A DNA stretch of 64,000 bases. Source: an uncultured Fimbriimonadaceae bacterium (GTDB lineage: Bacteria > Armatimonadota > Fimbriimonadia > Fimbriimonadales > Fimbriimonadaceae). Every line of letters begins with the position of its first letter. Within the stretch, counting starts at the first letter, position 1. Below the pieces are notes generated by a model. It did not search any database. It saw nothing but the letters and a program-made list of their open reading frames with translations, and had not been told where the DNA came from. Position numbers and translations under genes: made by a program. Below are positions 42,001 through 50,382 of the stretch, in pieces. The stretch is from assembly GCA_964586225.1 (NCBI GenBank), contig CAZPHD010000002.1, forward strand, positions 40,372 through 104,371, given 5' to 3'.

Positions 42001-42680
42001 AAGTCCAGCTCATGCTCACGTGCCTCGGCGATGCGCTTTACGGCAGCGTCGGGATCGCGACCGTCCGCGTCCTAGAAAGTATCGGGTGCGAGGTCGTGTT
42101 CCCGGAGAACCAGACCTGCTGTGGGCAGCCGCCCTTCAACGCCGGGCATTGGCCAGAGGCTCAGCGATTGGCCGCCCATCTTCGATCAACGTTTGATCCG
42201 GCGTTGCCGATTGTGACGCCGAGCGCGTCGTGTGCGGCCATGATTGGCCACGCCTATCCGCAGATCGACCGTGGCCCCACGGTGGAGTGCTACGAGCTCA
42301 CGGACTTCCTGCTCGCCCAGGGCTTTCGCGGTCGCGTTCGAGGCCTTCGCCGAGTTGCCCTCCACACCGCATGCCACGCTCGAGCTTTGAATCGCCCCGA
42401 GAGCGTTACACGGCTACTGGAATCGATCGAGGGGGTCGAGTTGGTGGACTTTGCCGAGCGGGAGCAGTGCTGCGGCTTTGGCGGGGCGTTTGCGGTCACG
42501 CATGCGACGCTTTCGGCGGGCATCGCCGATGCTAAGCTCGCCGCTCTGCGGGCCAGCGCGCCCGATGAAATCGTCAGCACCGACCTTGGGTGCCTCATGC
42601 ACCTGGCAGGTCGCGCTGGAGCGGCGGAAGCTCCCCCCATTCGCCATATCGCCGAGTTCCTGGCGGAGGTGATCCAGTGA
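41997..42680 (+). CDS. lutA: LutA/YkgE-type (Fe-S) oxidoreductase, CCG-domain protein
   Basis: MKVQLMLTCLGDALYG...FPENQTCCGQPPFNAG and CCGFGG motifs. ATGA overlap with the upstream gene. Confidence 0.8.
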   Translation: MKVQLMLTCLGDALYGSVGIATVRVLESIGCEVVFPENQTCCGQPPFNAGHWPEAQRLAAHLRSTFDPALPIVTPSASCAAMIGHAYPQIDRGPTVECYELTDFLLAQGFRGRVRGLRRVALHTACHARALNRPESVTRLLESIEGVELVDFAEREQCCGFGGAFAVTHATLSAGIADAKLAALRASAPDEIVSTDLGCLMHLAGRAGAAEAPPIRHIAEFLAEVIQ

Positions 42681-44029
42681 GGCCCCCCGCCGACCAGTTT
42701 GGTTACGATCTCGATCCGCGCACGCGCCAAGCCGTCCACTCGGCGTCCGCCCTGAAGACTCAACACCGCCGTGATGCCCTCGACCGCGCGTTCAGCGACA
42801 GCGAAGCCGCCCGACACGCCGCCGAAGCCACCCGCGAGCACGTGCTTGACCACCTGCATGAACTGTTGCTTGACTTCGAGCGCAACGCTATCGCCAATGG
42901 CTGGCAGGTGCATTGGGCGAGCGATGCCGCGTCGGCGCGCGAGATCATCGTCCGGCTGATCCGAGACGCGCCCGCTGGCCCGGTGGTGAAGGGCAAGTCG
43001 ATGGCGACGGAGGAAATCCACCTCAATGCCGCGATCGAGGCGGCGGGGCGGACGGTCGTCGAGACCGACCTTGGCGAGTTTGTGGTCCAACTCGACCACG
43101 ACATGCCGAGCCACATCGTGACGCCGATCATCCACAAGACCCGGCAGGACGTATCAGCTTCGTTCGTAAAGGCGGGATTGGGGCTGGAGACGCACGACCC
43201 CGCCGAACTCTCGCTTCAAGCTCGCCGTCACCTTCGCGAGGCGTTTCGTACGGCCGGGGTGGGTATCTCGGGCGTGAACTTCGCGCTCGTCAAGGAGGGT
43301 GCGGTGGTGGTCATCGAAAACGAGGGCAACAACAGGCTAAGCACCACAGCACCTCCGGTACACATCGCGGTGATGGGCATTGAGAAGCTGCTTCCCTCCG
43401 CCGCCGACTTGCCCGTCTTCCTCCGATTGCTCGCGGGCTCGGCCACGGGACAGCGCATCACGACCTACACGCATTTCATCCGCGGACCGCGGCGCGAGGA
43501 CGAAGTCGACGGCCCAACCGCCGCCCACCTGGTTCTGCTGGACAACGGTCGTAGCCGACTCATGAACTCGGGGCAGCGCGCGATTCTCCGGTGTATCCGA
43601 TGCGGCGCGTGCCTGAACGTGTGCCCGGTCTATCGGCAGATCACGGGGCACGGCTATCGGCATCCCTACTCCGGGCCGTTGGGTGCGGTGCTCGCCCCGT
43701 CGCTCGAAGGCTTGCGCAGCCATGGCGACTTGGCGAAGGCATCCACCCTCTGCGGGGCGTGCGAAGAGGTGTGCCCGGTTCGGATTCCAATTCCGGACCA
43801 ACTCATTCGTCTGCGCCACCAACTCGTCCGCCAGGTCGGTGATCCGTCGCCGATGCCTTGGCCAGCCTACGCCGCGCTGGCGACGAACCCGGTGCGCTGG
43901 CGACAGGCGCTGACGATGCTGCCGATGGCGGGAGCGGTGCCGTTCATGCTGAGCGGATGGACGCGGGTCCGCGAGGCGCCCTCAACCTCAGGCCCTTCGT
44001 TCCGCGCGTGGTGGGCCGGGCGGTCATAA
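42677..44029 (+). CDS. lutB: LutB/YkgF-type iron-sulfur lactate-utilisation protein
   Basis: CIRCGACLNVCPVY and CGACEEVCPVRIP (2x4Fe-4S) after a DUF162-like N-region. GTGA overlap with lutA. Confidence 0.85.
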   Translation: MRPPADQFGYDLDPRTRQAVHSASALKTQHRRDALDRAFSDSEAARHAAEATREHVLDHLHELLLDFERNAIANGWQVHWASDAASAREIIVRLIRDAPAGPVVKGKSMATEEIHLNAAIEAAGRTVVETDLGEFVVQLDHDMPSHIVTPIIHKTRQDVSASFVKAGLGLETHDPAELSLQARRHLREAFRTAGVGISGVNFALVKEGAVVVIENEGNNRLSTTAPPVHIAVMGIEKLLPSAADLPVFLRLLAGSATGQRITTYTHFIRGPRREDEVDGPTAAHLVLLDNGRSRLMNSGQRAILRCIRCGACLNVCPVYRQITGHGYRHPYSGPLGAVLAPSLEGLRSHGDLAKASTLCGACEEVCPVRIPIPDQLIRLRHQLVRQVGDPSPMPWPAYAALATNPVRWRQALTMLPMAGAVPFMLSGWTRVREAPSTSGPSFRAWWAGRS

Positions 44030-44037
44030 TCTCCCCT

Positions 44038-45852
44038 ATGGGAGCCTCTCCAAACGTCCGCTGGGACTTGTCCGCGCTGTTCTCCGGAATCGACGACCCC
44101 AAAGTGGAGGCGACCTGGACGGCCGCCCTCGCCCGCGCCGACGCGTTTGCCGCCAAGTTCCGCGACACGATCGCCACGGATGACGTCGCTGCTGAACACC
44201 TTGCGGCGGGCATCCGCGAGATGGAGGCCATTTTTCAAGAAGCGATGAAGCCCGCCGGCTACGCCCAGCTCCTCGTGGCCGCCGACAGTGCCGATCCCAA
44301 GATTGGTGCGTTTCTGGCCAACCAAATGGAGCGGTTTAGCGAGCTTCAAGTGAAGATGATGTTCTTCGAGCTCGAAGTTCAAGATCTGGAGGACGACGTG
44401 TTCGCGCGGCTGGTCGCCGATCCCGCCCTCGCCAACTACCGGCATTACCTCGGCGTGACGCGAATGTATCGACCGCACAAGCTGTCCGAGGCCGAGGAAA
44501 TCATTCTTGAAGAGACCGCCAATACCGGCTGCCGAGCCTGGGTGCGCTTCTACGAAGAGATGATGGCGACCCACGTGTTTCGCTACACGCCGCCCGGCAG
44601 CGACGAAGTTCAAGAACTCGGCGAAGAAGAGACGATGACCTTGCTGCGCGATCCGGATCGAGCGGTTCGCCAAGCCGGTGCCGAAGCGCTCACGACGGGC
44701 CTGGCCGAGCTTGACCGTGCCATAACCTTCACCTACAATACGCTTCTGCAGGACAAGCGCGTGGGAGATCGGCTGCGAAGTCACCCGTATCCCGAGCACA
44801 CGCGCCACCTCGCCAACGAGCTGAGCAAGGAGACGGTTGACCTCGTGATCGACGTGTGCCGAGCCCATTACGACTTGGTGGCTCGCTACTACCGCGTCAA
44901 ACGCGAAATCCTCGGGCTTCCAGAGCTGACGCACATCGACCGCTATGCACCGCTCTTCCCGACCCGCGCCGAAGTCAGCTGGGAAGACGGGCGCGACATC
45001 GTGCTCAACTCCTTCGGCAAGTTCTCGCCCAAGTTGAGCGATCTGGCCCGCGAGTTCTTCGATAAGAACTGGATCGACGCCGAAGTCCGCAAGGGCAAGC
45101 AGGGCGGCGCTTTCTGCAGCTACAACACCCCAGACACGCATCCGGTGGTGTTCCAGACCTATCAAGGCAAGTACGACGATGTGATGACCCTTGCCCACGA
45201 GTTGGGTCACGGCGTCCACGGCTCGTTAAGTCGCGCGCAGTCGTTCTTGAACTTCCAGGGCACATTGCCGCTGGCCGAGTTGGCATCGACCTTTGGCGAG
45301 ATGCTTGTCTTCGAGCGGCTCGTCGCCGACGCAACTCCCGAGGACCGGCTTGCGCTCTACGGTCAAAAGATCGAGACGATCTTTGCGACGGTGTTCCGCC
45401 AGGCGTCGCTGTTCGCTTTCGAGCAAGGCGCTCACCAGGCGCGCCGTGAAGAGGGCGAACTCAGCTCCGAGCGGCTGGCCGAGATCTGGCAAGGTTGTGT
45501 GCAGGAGATGTTCGGCGACTCGGTAACGCTTGGCGAGCAGCACCGCTCGTGGTGGCCGATGGTCGGTCACTTCTTCTTCGCGCCGTTCTACGTGTACGCC
45601 TATTCGTTTGGCGAGCTATTGGCGCTCAGCATTTATGATCTCGCTAAGAACGAGGGCCCGAGCTTCGAGCAGAAGTATCTCGACTTGCTCGAGCTCGGCG
45701 GCTCGCGAACGCCGCAGGAGCTGATGGCGACGGTGGGAGTCAACCTCGACGACCGCGCCTTCTGGGAAGGTGGCGTCGCCGCGATTGAGCGGCTGGTAGA
45801 GGCGTTCGAGCGCCAGTGGGCGGAACTCGCTCCGCAACTGGCAAAGGCATGA
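44038..45852 (+). CDS. M3B oligoendopeptidase F family metallopeptidase
   Basis: HELGHGVH zinc motif and 604 aa. Start at ATG 44038, 8 nt after the lutB stop. Confidence 0.85.
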   Translation: MGASPNVRWDLSALFSGIDDPKVEATWTAALARADAFAAKFRDTIATDDVAAEHLAAGIREMEAIFQEAMKPAGYAQLLVAADSADPKIGAFLANQMERFSELQVKMMFFELEVQDLEDDVFARLVADPALANYRHYLGVTRMYRPHKLSEAEEIILEETANTGCRAWVRFYEEMMATHVFRYTPPGSDEVQELGEEETMTLLRDPDRAVRQAGAEALTTGLAELDRAITFTYNTLLQDKRVGDRLRSHPYPEHTRHLANELSKETVDLVIDVCRAHYDLVARYYRVKREILGLPELTHIDRYAPLFPTRAEVSWEDGRDIVLNSFGKFSPKLSDLAREFFDKNWIDAEVRKGKQGGAFCSYNTPDTHPVVFQTYQGKYDDVMTLAHELGHGVHGSLSRAQSFLNFQGTLPLAELASTFGEMLVFERLVADATPEDRLALYGQKIETIFATVFRQASLFAFEQGAHQARREEGELSSERLAEIWQGCVQEMFGDSVTLGEQHRSWWPMVGHFFFAPFYVYAYSFGELLALSIYDLAKNEGPSFEQKYLDLLELGGSRTPQELMATVGVNLDDRAFWEGGVAAIERLVEAFERQWAELAPQLAKA

Positions 45853-46748
45853 TGACCGAGACCACGACCCCCGTCCGCGGATGGCAAGCGTTCCGCACCG
45901 TGCTCGAAATGATCAAGTTCGAGCACAGCATCTTTGCTTTACCGTTTGCCATGCTCGGGATGATGTGGGGGAGTTTGGCCGCAAACGACAGCGGCTGGCC
46001 GGGTGGGTCGACGGTGCTCTGGATCGTGGTCGCGATGGTGTCTTGCCGCAGCGCGGCGATGGCGTTCAATCGAATCGCCGACCGGGACATTGACGCCATT
46101 AACCCAAGAACGCGGATGCGGGCGATTCCGGCCGGATTGCTCAAGTTGCGTCAGGTCAACCTGTTCCTCCTGGGCAGCTTGATCATCTTCGTCTTCGCGG
46201 CGGCGATGCTGAATCCGCTCGCCCTCGCGTTGTCACCGATCGCGATCATGGTGACGCTCGGCTACAGCTTGACCAAGCGATACACTCCGCTGTGCCATCT
46301 GGTTTTGGGCTTGAGCCTGGGCATAGCGCCTGCGGCGGCCTGGATTGGCGTCACCGGGACGCTTGACCCGGCGGTGCTGTGGCTCACCGCCGCCGTAACG
46401 GGCTGGACGGCCGGTTTCGACATCATCTACTCGCTCCAGGACGAGGAGTTCGATCGCGAGCACGGGTTGCACTCGCTCCCACAAGCGATCGGCAAGGCAC
46501 GGGCCCTCCTCGTCAGCCGGACGCTGCACCTCACGGCCATTGGTTGTCTAGTCGGTGCCGGGTGGGCGGCCGGGGCGGGGATCGCCTATTTCATCGGGGT
46601 CATTGTCGCGGCCGCATTGCTCGGCTATGAGCAGTCGCTCGTGCGCCCTGATGACCTGAGCAAAGTCAACCTCGCGTTCTTCACGCTGAATGGGTTCGTC
46701 AGCATCGGCTTGTTCGTGTTTGCCCTCATTGACGTGGTGCTTCGATGA
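45849..46748 (+). CDS. UbiA family aromatic prenyltransferase (4-hydroxybenzoate polyprenyltransferase / MqnP-like)
   Basis: NRIADRDIDAINPRTRMRAIP and DIIYSLQDEEFD Asp-rich motifs. About 8 TM helices. ATGA overlap with the upstream gene. Confidence 0.85.
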   Translation: MMTETTTPVRGWQAFRTVLEMIKFEHSIFALPFAMLGMMWGSLAANDSGWPGGSTVLWIVVAMVSCRSAAMAFNRIADRDIDAINPRTRMRAIPAGLLKLRQVNLFLLGSLIIFVFAAAMLNPLALALSPIAIMVTLGYSLTKRYTPLCHLVLGLSLGIAPAAAWIGVTGTLDPAVLWLTAAVTGWTAGFDIIYSLQDEEFDREHGLHSLPQAIGKARALLVSRTLHLTAIGCLVGAGWAAGAGIAYFIGVIVAAALLGYEQSLVRPDDLSKVNLAFFTLNGFVSIGLFVFALIDVVLR

Positions 46749-47368
46749 ACGCCGTGTTTGGTCGAACGAACATCTCTGTGCCGGACGTGTGGCTGCGGCT
46801 GGTCGTGGGCGATGATCCGGCGGCGCTGGCTTCGGCGGCGTTGGCCACCGGTCTCCCGCTGGATCTGTCCACGCAACCCGCGCTCTGGGGCGGGTTCTTG
46901 CGACACCATGCCGCGTTTCAAAACACGCTCCTGATGGCGCGCAGCAGCACCGACTTCGAACGTGCCACCGATGAAGAACATGCGGTGCACTTGGTTCATG
47001 CGCATCTCATCGAGGTGCTCTCAGCGCTCGGTCGACCGTGCACGGACTTCTACTTTGTCCGAGTTCGCGGCGGCTTAAAGGAGTTTCAGATCAATGGAGT
47101 CTTGCAGGCGCTAGAACTCGCGCGCGATGACGGCCTGATTCGCTTCTCCGGGCTGGCAGCGGAGGGGCCTGCGTTGGCGGTTCGTGGCGTCTGGCAAGCC
47201 CACGATGGCTTCGAAGCGCTCCTCGTTGGCCCCGAGGGGGCTGCGTTGTTGCCGGTCGCGGCCGAGCGGCGCGTGGGCGTTCTGCACGAGGGCGGAGGCC
47301 TTCCGCGTCTTGTGACTGTGCGCACGGTTGAGGAGCTGGAGGCCGCGGTTGGATCAGCAAGGGTTTGA
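46745..47368 (+). CDS. Hypothetical protein, weakly aldo/keto-reductase-like fragment
   Basis: FYFVRV...GVLQALELARDDGLIRFSGLAAEG resembles the central AKR strand-helix pattern, but the protein is only 207 aa and I cannot find the catalytic tetrad. ATGA overlap with the upstream gene. Confidence 0.35.
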   Translation: MNAVFGRTNISVPDVWLRLVVGDDPAALASAALATGLPLDLSTQPALWGGFLRHHAAFQNTLLMARSSTDFERATDEEHAVHLVHAHLIEVLSALGRPCTDFYFVRVRGGLKEFQINGVLQALELARDDGLIRFSGLAAEGPALAVRGVWQAHDGFEALLVGPEGAALLPVAAERRVGVLHEGGGLPRLVTVRTVEELEAAVGSARV

Positions 47369-47597
47369 GGCGTTCCTCACCTACAGCATCGGCCTTTGCG
47401 GTGTGTTTGCGATTTTGGCGCCGATGATCGCTTGGCGCAAGCGCGGTCGCCAGTCACTGGTGCTCTCTGGCGCGTTCGTGGCGATGGCGGCGGTGCTGTT
47501 CGCGTTGCGTTCGGGTTGGCCCAATCTCGCCGTCGGTGCGTTTGCGCTGGTGCTAGTTGGGCTTCTAGGTGCCGACGTGCTGACGCGTCCGCGGTGA
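47328..47597 (+). CDS. Possible small (2-3 TM) membrane protein
   Basis: Hydrophobic segments (SLVLSGAFVAMAAVLFAL; LAVGAFALVLVGLLGADVL). The start is unclear (TTG 47328, or internal GTG/ATG near 47400-47425). Confidence 0.3.
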   Translation: MRSWRPRLDQQGFEAFLTYSIGLCGVFAILAPMIAWRKRGRQSLVLSGAFVAMAAVLFALRSGWPNLAVGAFALVLVGLLGADVLTRPR

Positions 47598-47617
47598 CGC
47601 CCAGTACACTTGACCCG

Positions 47618-48631
47618 ATGGAATGGCGACTCGTGCTGGAGCGGCTGGTGACGGGCCACGACCTCGCGGATGAAGAGGCCGAGGCGGCCATGAGCGCGTT
47701 AATGCAGGGCACCGCCAGCGACGTCGAGATTGCCTCGTTCCTTACGGCGCTGCGGGCCAAGAGCGTTACCGGGGCTGAACTCGCAACGTTCGCTCGCGTG
47801 ATGCAAGAGCATGCCGTCCGGCTTGATCACGAACTTGCCGATGTGCTCGACACGTGCGGCACCGGCGGAGGTTCGCCCTCGTTCAACCTCTCGACCGGGG
47901 CGGCAATTGTCGCGGCGGCGGCGGGGGCGCGAGTCGCCAAGCACGGCAATCGCGCGATGACGAGCCGGTGCGGCTCGGCCGATGTCTTGGAAGCCCTCGG
48001 CATTACGATCACAGCCCCGCTTGATGTCTGGCGCGAGGCGTTGGCTGAACACGGTATCGCTTTCCTCTTTGCCCCACAACACCATCCCGCCATGCGCTTT
48101 GTCGGTCCCGTGAGAAAGGCGCTGGGGATTCGCACGGTGTTCAATCAACTTGGGCCGTTGTCGAATCCGGCGCGAGCGCGCCGCCAGATCATCGGCGTGT
48201 ATGACGACGCGCTTCTGCAGCCCATGGCCGAGGCCGCCCACGGGCTTGGCGTCGAGCGAGCGTGGATCGTGCGTGGCGAGGATGGGCTGGACGAGGTTTC
48301 TCCGTGCGGCCCTACTCAGGTCGCGGAGGTCGGCTCAGACGGCGTGACGTTGCGCCGAGTGTCGCCCGAGGACTTTGGCCTTTCTTCGATCACCGCCGAC
48401 GCCCTCGCCCCCGGCGAGACGCCCGAAGAAAATGCCCAGATCTTGACCGAAGCCCTGACCCAACCCAACTCGCCACGAGCGGCCGCCCTGATGACGAGCG
48501 CGGCGGCGGCCCTTTGGGTGGCAGGCCGGGCGGGGTCCCTGCCCGAAGCAGCTCAGCTTGCCCGACAGGCGATCGCGTCAGGGGCAGCCTGGGCCAAGGT
48601 TGAGGCCCTGCGCGAGGTGACGCGTGGCTGA
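47618..48631 (+). CDS. trpD: Anthranilate phosphoribosyltransferase
   Basis: Start at MEWRLVLERL. DTCGTGGG, KHGNRAMTSRCGSADVLEALG, GIAFLFAP motifs. Confidence 0.9.
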   Translation: MEWRLVLERLVTGHDLADEEAEAAMSALMQGTASDVEIASFLTALRAKSVTGAELATFARVMQEHAVRLDHELADVLDTCGTGGGSPSFNLSTGAAIVAAAAGARVAKHGNRAMTSRCGSADVLEALGITITAPLDVWREALAEHGIAFLFAPQHHPAMRFVGPVRKALGIRTVFNQLGPLSNPARARRQIIGVYDDALLQPMAEAAHGLGVERAWIVRGEDGLDEVSPCGPTQVAEVGSDGVTLRRVSPEDFGLSSITADALAPGETPEENAQILTEALTQPNSPRAAALMTSAAAALWVAGRAGSLPEAAQLARQAIASGAAWAKVEALREVTRG

Positions 48632-49418
48632 CCGCCTCCGCGAGATTCTCGACCACAAGCGGGTTGAGGTGGATGCCGCCCAGTCCGCAATTCCGCTAGA
48701 CGTGTTGCAGGCGGTCATCGCGGACCTACCCCAGCCGCGGGGCTTCGTCGCCCGGTTGGCGGATGGACCGCGGCCATTGTCGCTCATCGCGGAGGTGAAG
48801 AAGGCGAGCCCGTCGCAGGGTCTCATCCGCGGGGAGTTTGACCCTGTCGCGATTGCCCAAACCTACGCTGCCAGCGGGGCATCCTGCTTGAGTGTGCTCA
48901 CCGACGAGAAGTTCTTCCAGGGCTCCCCGGAGAACCTGAGGCGCGTACGGCATGCTGTTGATCTGCCGCTCCTGCGCAAGGACTTCACGATCGACGCTTA
49001 TCAGATCTTCGAAGCCCGGGCGTGGGGAGCCGACGCGATCCTGCTGATTGTTGCCGCGCTGGAAGACGATGCGATTAGCGAGTTCCAGCGGGTAGCCCAC
49101 GGTCTCGGACTGGATGTGCTGATCGAAGTCCATGATGACGCCGAAACCGAGCGGGCCTTGCGGCTCGCCGACGGGCCGAACACTGCCATCGGCGTGAACA
49201 ATCGCAATCTGGCGACCTTCGAAACCGACTTGGCGACCTCTGAGCGACTTCTGCCGCGCATCGCACCTCACGCGCTGGCCGTCAGTGAAAGCGCCCTCGC
49301 AACGCCTGATGATCTTCGCCGGGTGTCGGCGAGCGGGGCGAGAAGCGTGCTGATCGGGACGACATTCTGCGGGGCCGACGACATTGGCGGAAAGGTTCGT
49401 GAGGTGATGGGCTGGTGA
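48624..49418 (+). CDS. trpC: Indole-3-glycerol phosphate synthase
   Basis: LIAEVKKASPSQG, LSVLTDEKFFQGS, LLRKDFTID, IGVNNRNL motifs. Confidence 0.9.
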   Translation: MADRLREILDHKRVEVDAAQSAIPLDVLQAVIADLPQPRGFVARLADGPRPLSLIAEVKKASPSQGLIRGEFDPVAIAQTYAASGASCLSVLTDEKFFQGSPENLRRVRHAVDLPLLRKDFTIDAYQIFEARAWGADAILLIVAALEDDAISEFQRVAHGLGLDVLIEVHDDAETERALRLADGPNTAIGVNNRNLATFETDLATSERLLPRIAPHALAVSESALATPDDLRRVSASGARSVLIGTTFCGADDIGGKVREVMGW

Positions 49419-49975
49419 TCGTCAAGATCTGCGGAGTCCGCAACCAGGCCGACGCCGAGTTTGCGATTGCCTCTGGGGCCGACATGCTTGGGTTCGTTCA
49501 CGAGCCAAGTAGTCCTCGATATGTGGGAGAAAACTGGGCTCCTGAGTGGTTGTTCAACTTGCCGGTTCCGCGCGTGGCGGTGTTCGGCGAATGTTCGGTG
49601 CCCGCCGCGGCATCGTTCACGCATCTTCAGGCCCACACATGGGACACGGTTGACCTGCGGCCGCGGCTCTGCGTGTATCGGATGGGGTCTGGCTTGGAGG
49701 TTCCGACCAACGGTGAGTTCCTCTTGCTCGATGCGTTCCATCCGACGCAACATGGGGGGTCGGGGCAACAGGTGGATTGGGATCAGGCAGCCGAGATCGT
49801 GACGGCGTCACCGATTCCAGTCATCCTCGCGGGCGGGCTGACCCCCGACAACGTTGCCGAAGCGATTCGCCGTGTTCGCCCAGCTGGGGTCGATGTGAGT
49901 TCGGGCACAGAAAAAGCGCCCGGGATCAAGGATCCCGAGCGCCTAAGAGCGTTTATCGAAAACGCGAAAGCCTAG
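49415..49975 (+). CDS. trpF: Phosphoribosylanthranilate isomerase
   Basis: MIVKICGVRN..., LLDAF...GGSGQQVDW, ILAGGLTPDNV, GVDVSSGTE motifs. GTGA overlap with trpC. Confidence 0.85.
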   Translation: MIVKICGVRNQADAEFAIASGADMLGFVHEPSSPRYVGENWAPEWLFNLPVPRVAVFGECSVPAAASFTHLQAHTWDTVDLRPRLCVYRMGSGLEVPTNGEFLLLDAFHPTQHGGSGQQVDWDQAAEIVTASPIPVILAGGLTPDNVAEAIRRVRPAGVDVSSGTEKAPGIKDPERLRAFIENAKA

Positions 49976-50325
49976 CCGCCACCCGCACCGGCCGCCATCG
50001 GTCGGTCATTGCTTACGGCTCCACCGCCGCCACCAGCACCCGCACCAGCAGCCGTCGGCACGTTGCCACCAACTCCACCGGCGGCACCAGCTCCGCCACC
50101 GCTACCAGAACTGCCACCCGTGTACGGATCGTTCGCGCCAGCGGCCGCAGGAAGGCTGTTGACCATGCGCACATCGGCACCCTGGATCACCGGCTCGCTG
50201 GTGACCACTTGCTCAGGGGCGGGCGGATTGATCACTTCGCGCTGAGTGAAAAAGGCGATGGCAAAGCCAATCAGGCCCAGCACAATCGCGACAACGGCGA
50301 TGATCATATCGTTCTGATTCTTCAC
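49972..50325 (-). CDS. Hypothetical N-terminally anchored Gly/Ala-rich protein
   Basis: MKNQNDMIIAVVAIVLGLIGFAIAFF TM anchor, followed by a GGSSGSGGGAGAAGGVGG...AGAGAGGGGG low-complexity tail. Confidence 0.4.
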   Translation of the reverse strand: MKNQNDMIIAVVAIVLGLIGFAIAFFTQREVINPPAPEQVVTSEPVIQGADVRMVNSLPAAAGANDPYTGGSSGSGGGAGAAGGVGGNVPTAAGAGAGGGGGAVSNDRPMAAGAGGG

Positions 50326-50382
50326 GGCTTCAAACCTCGAGTAGCTTTAAGACGATACCTCATGGCGCAGACGTTACCCGCG

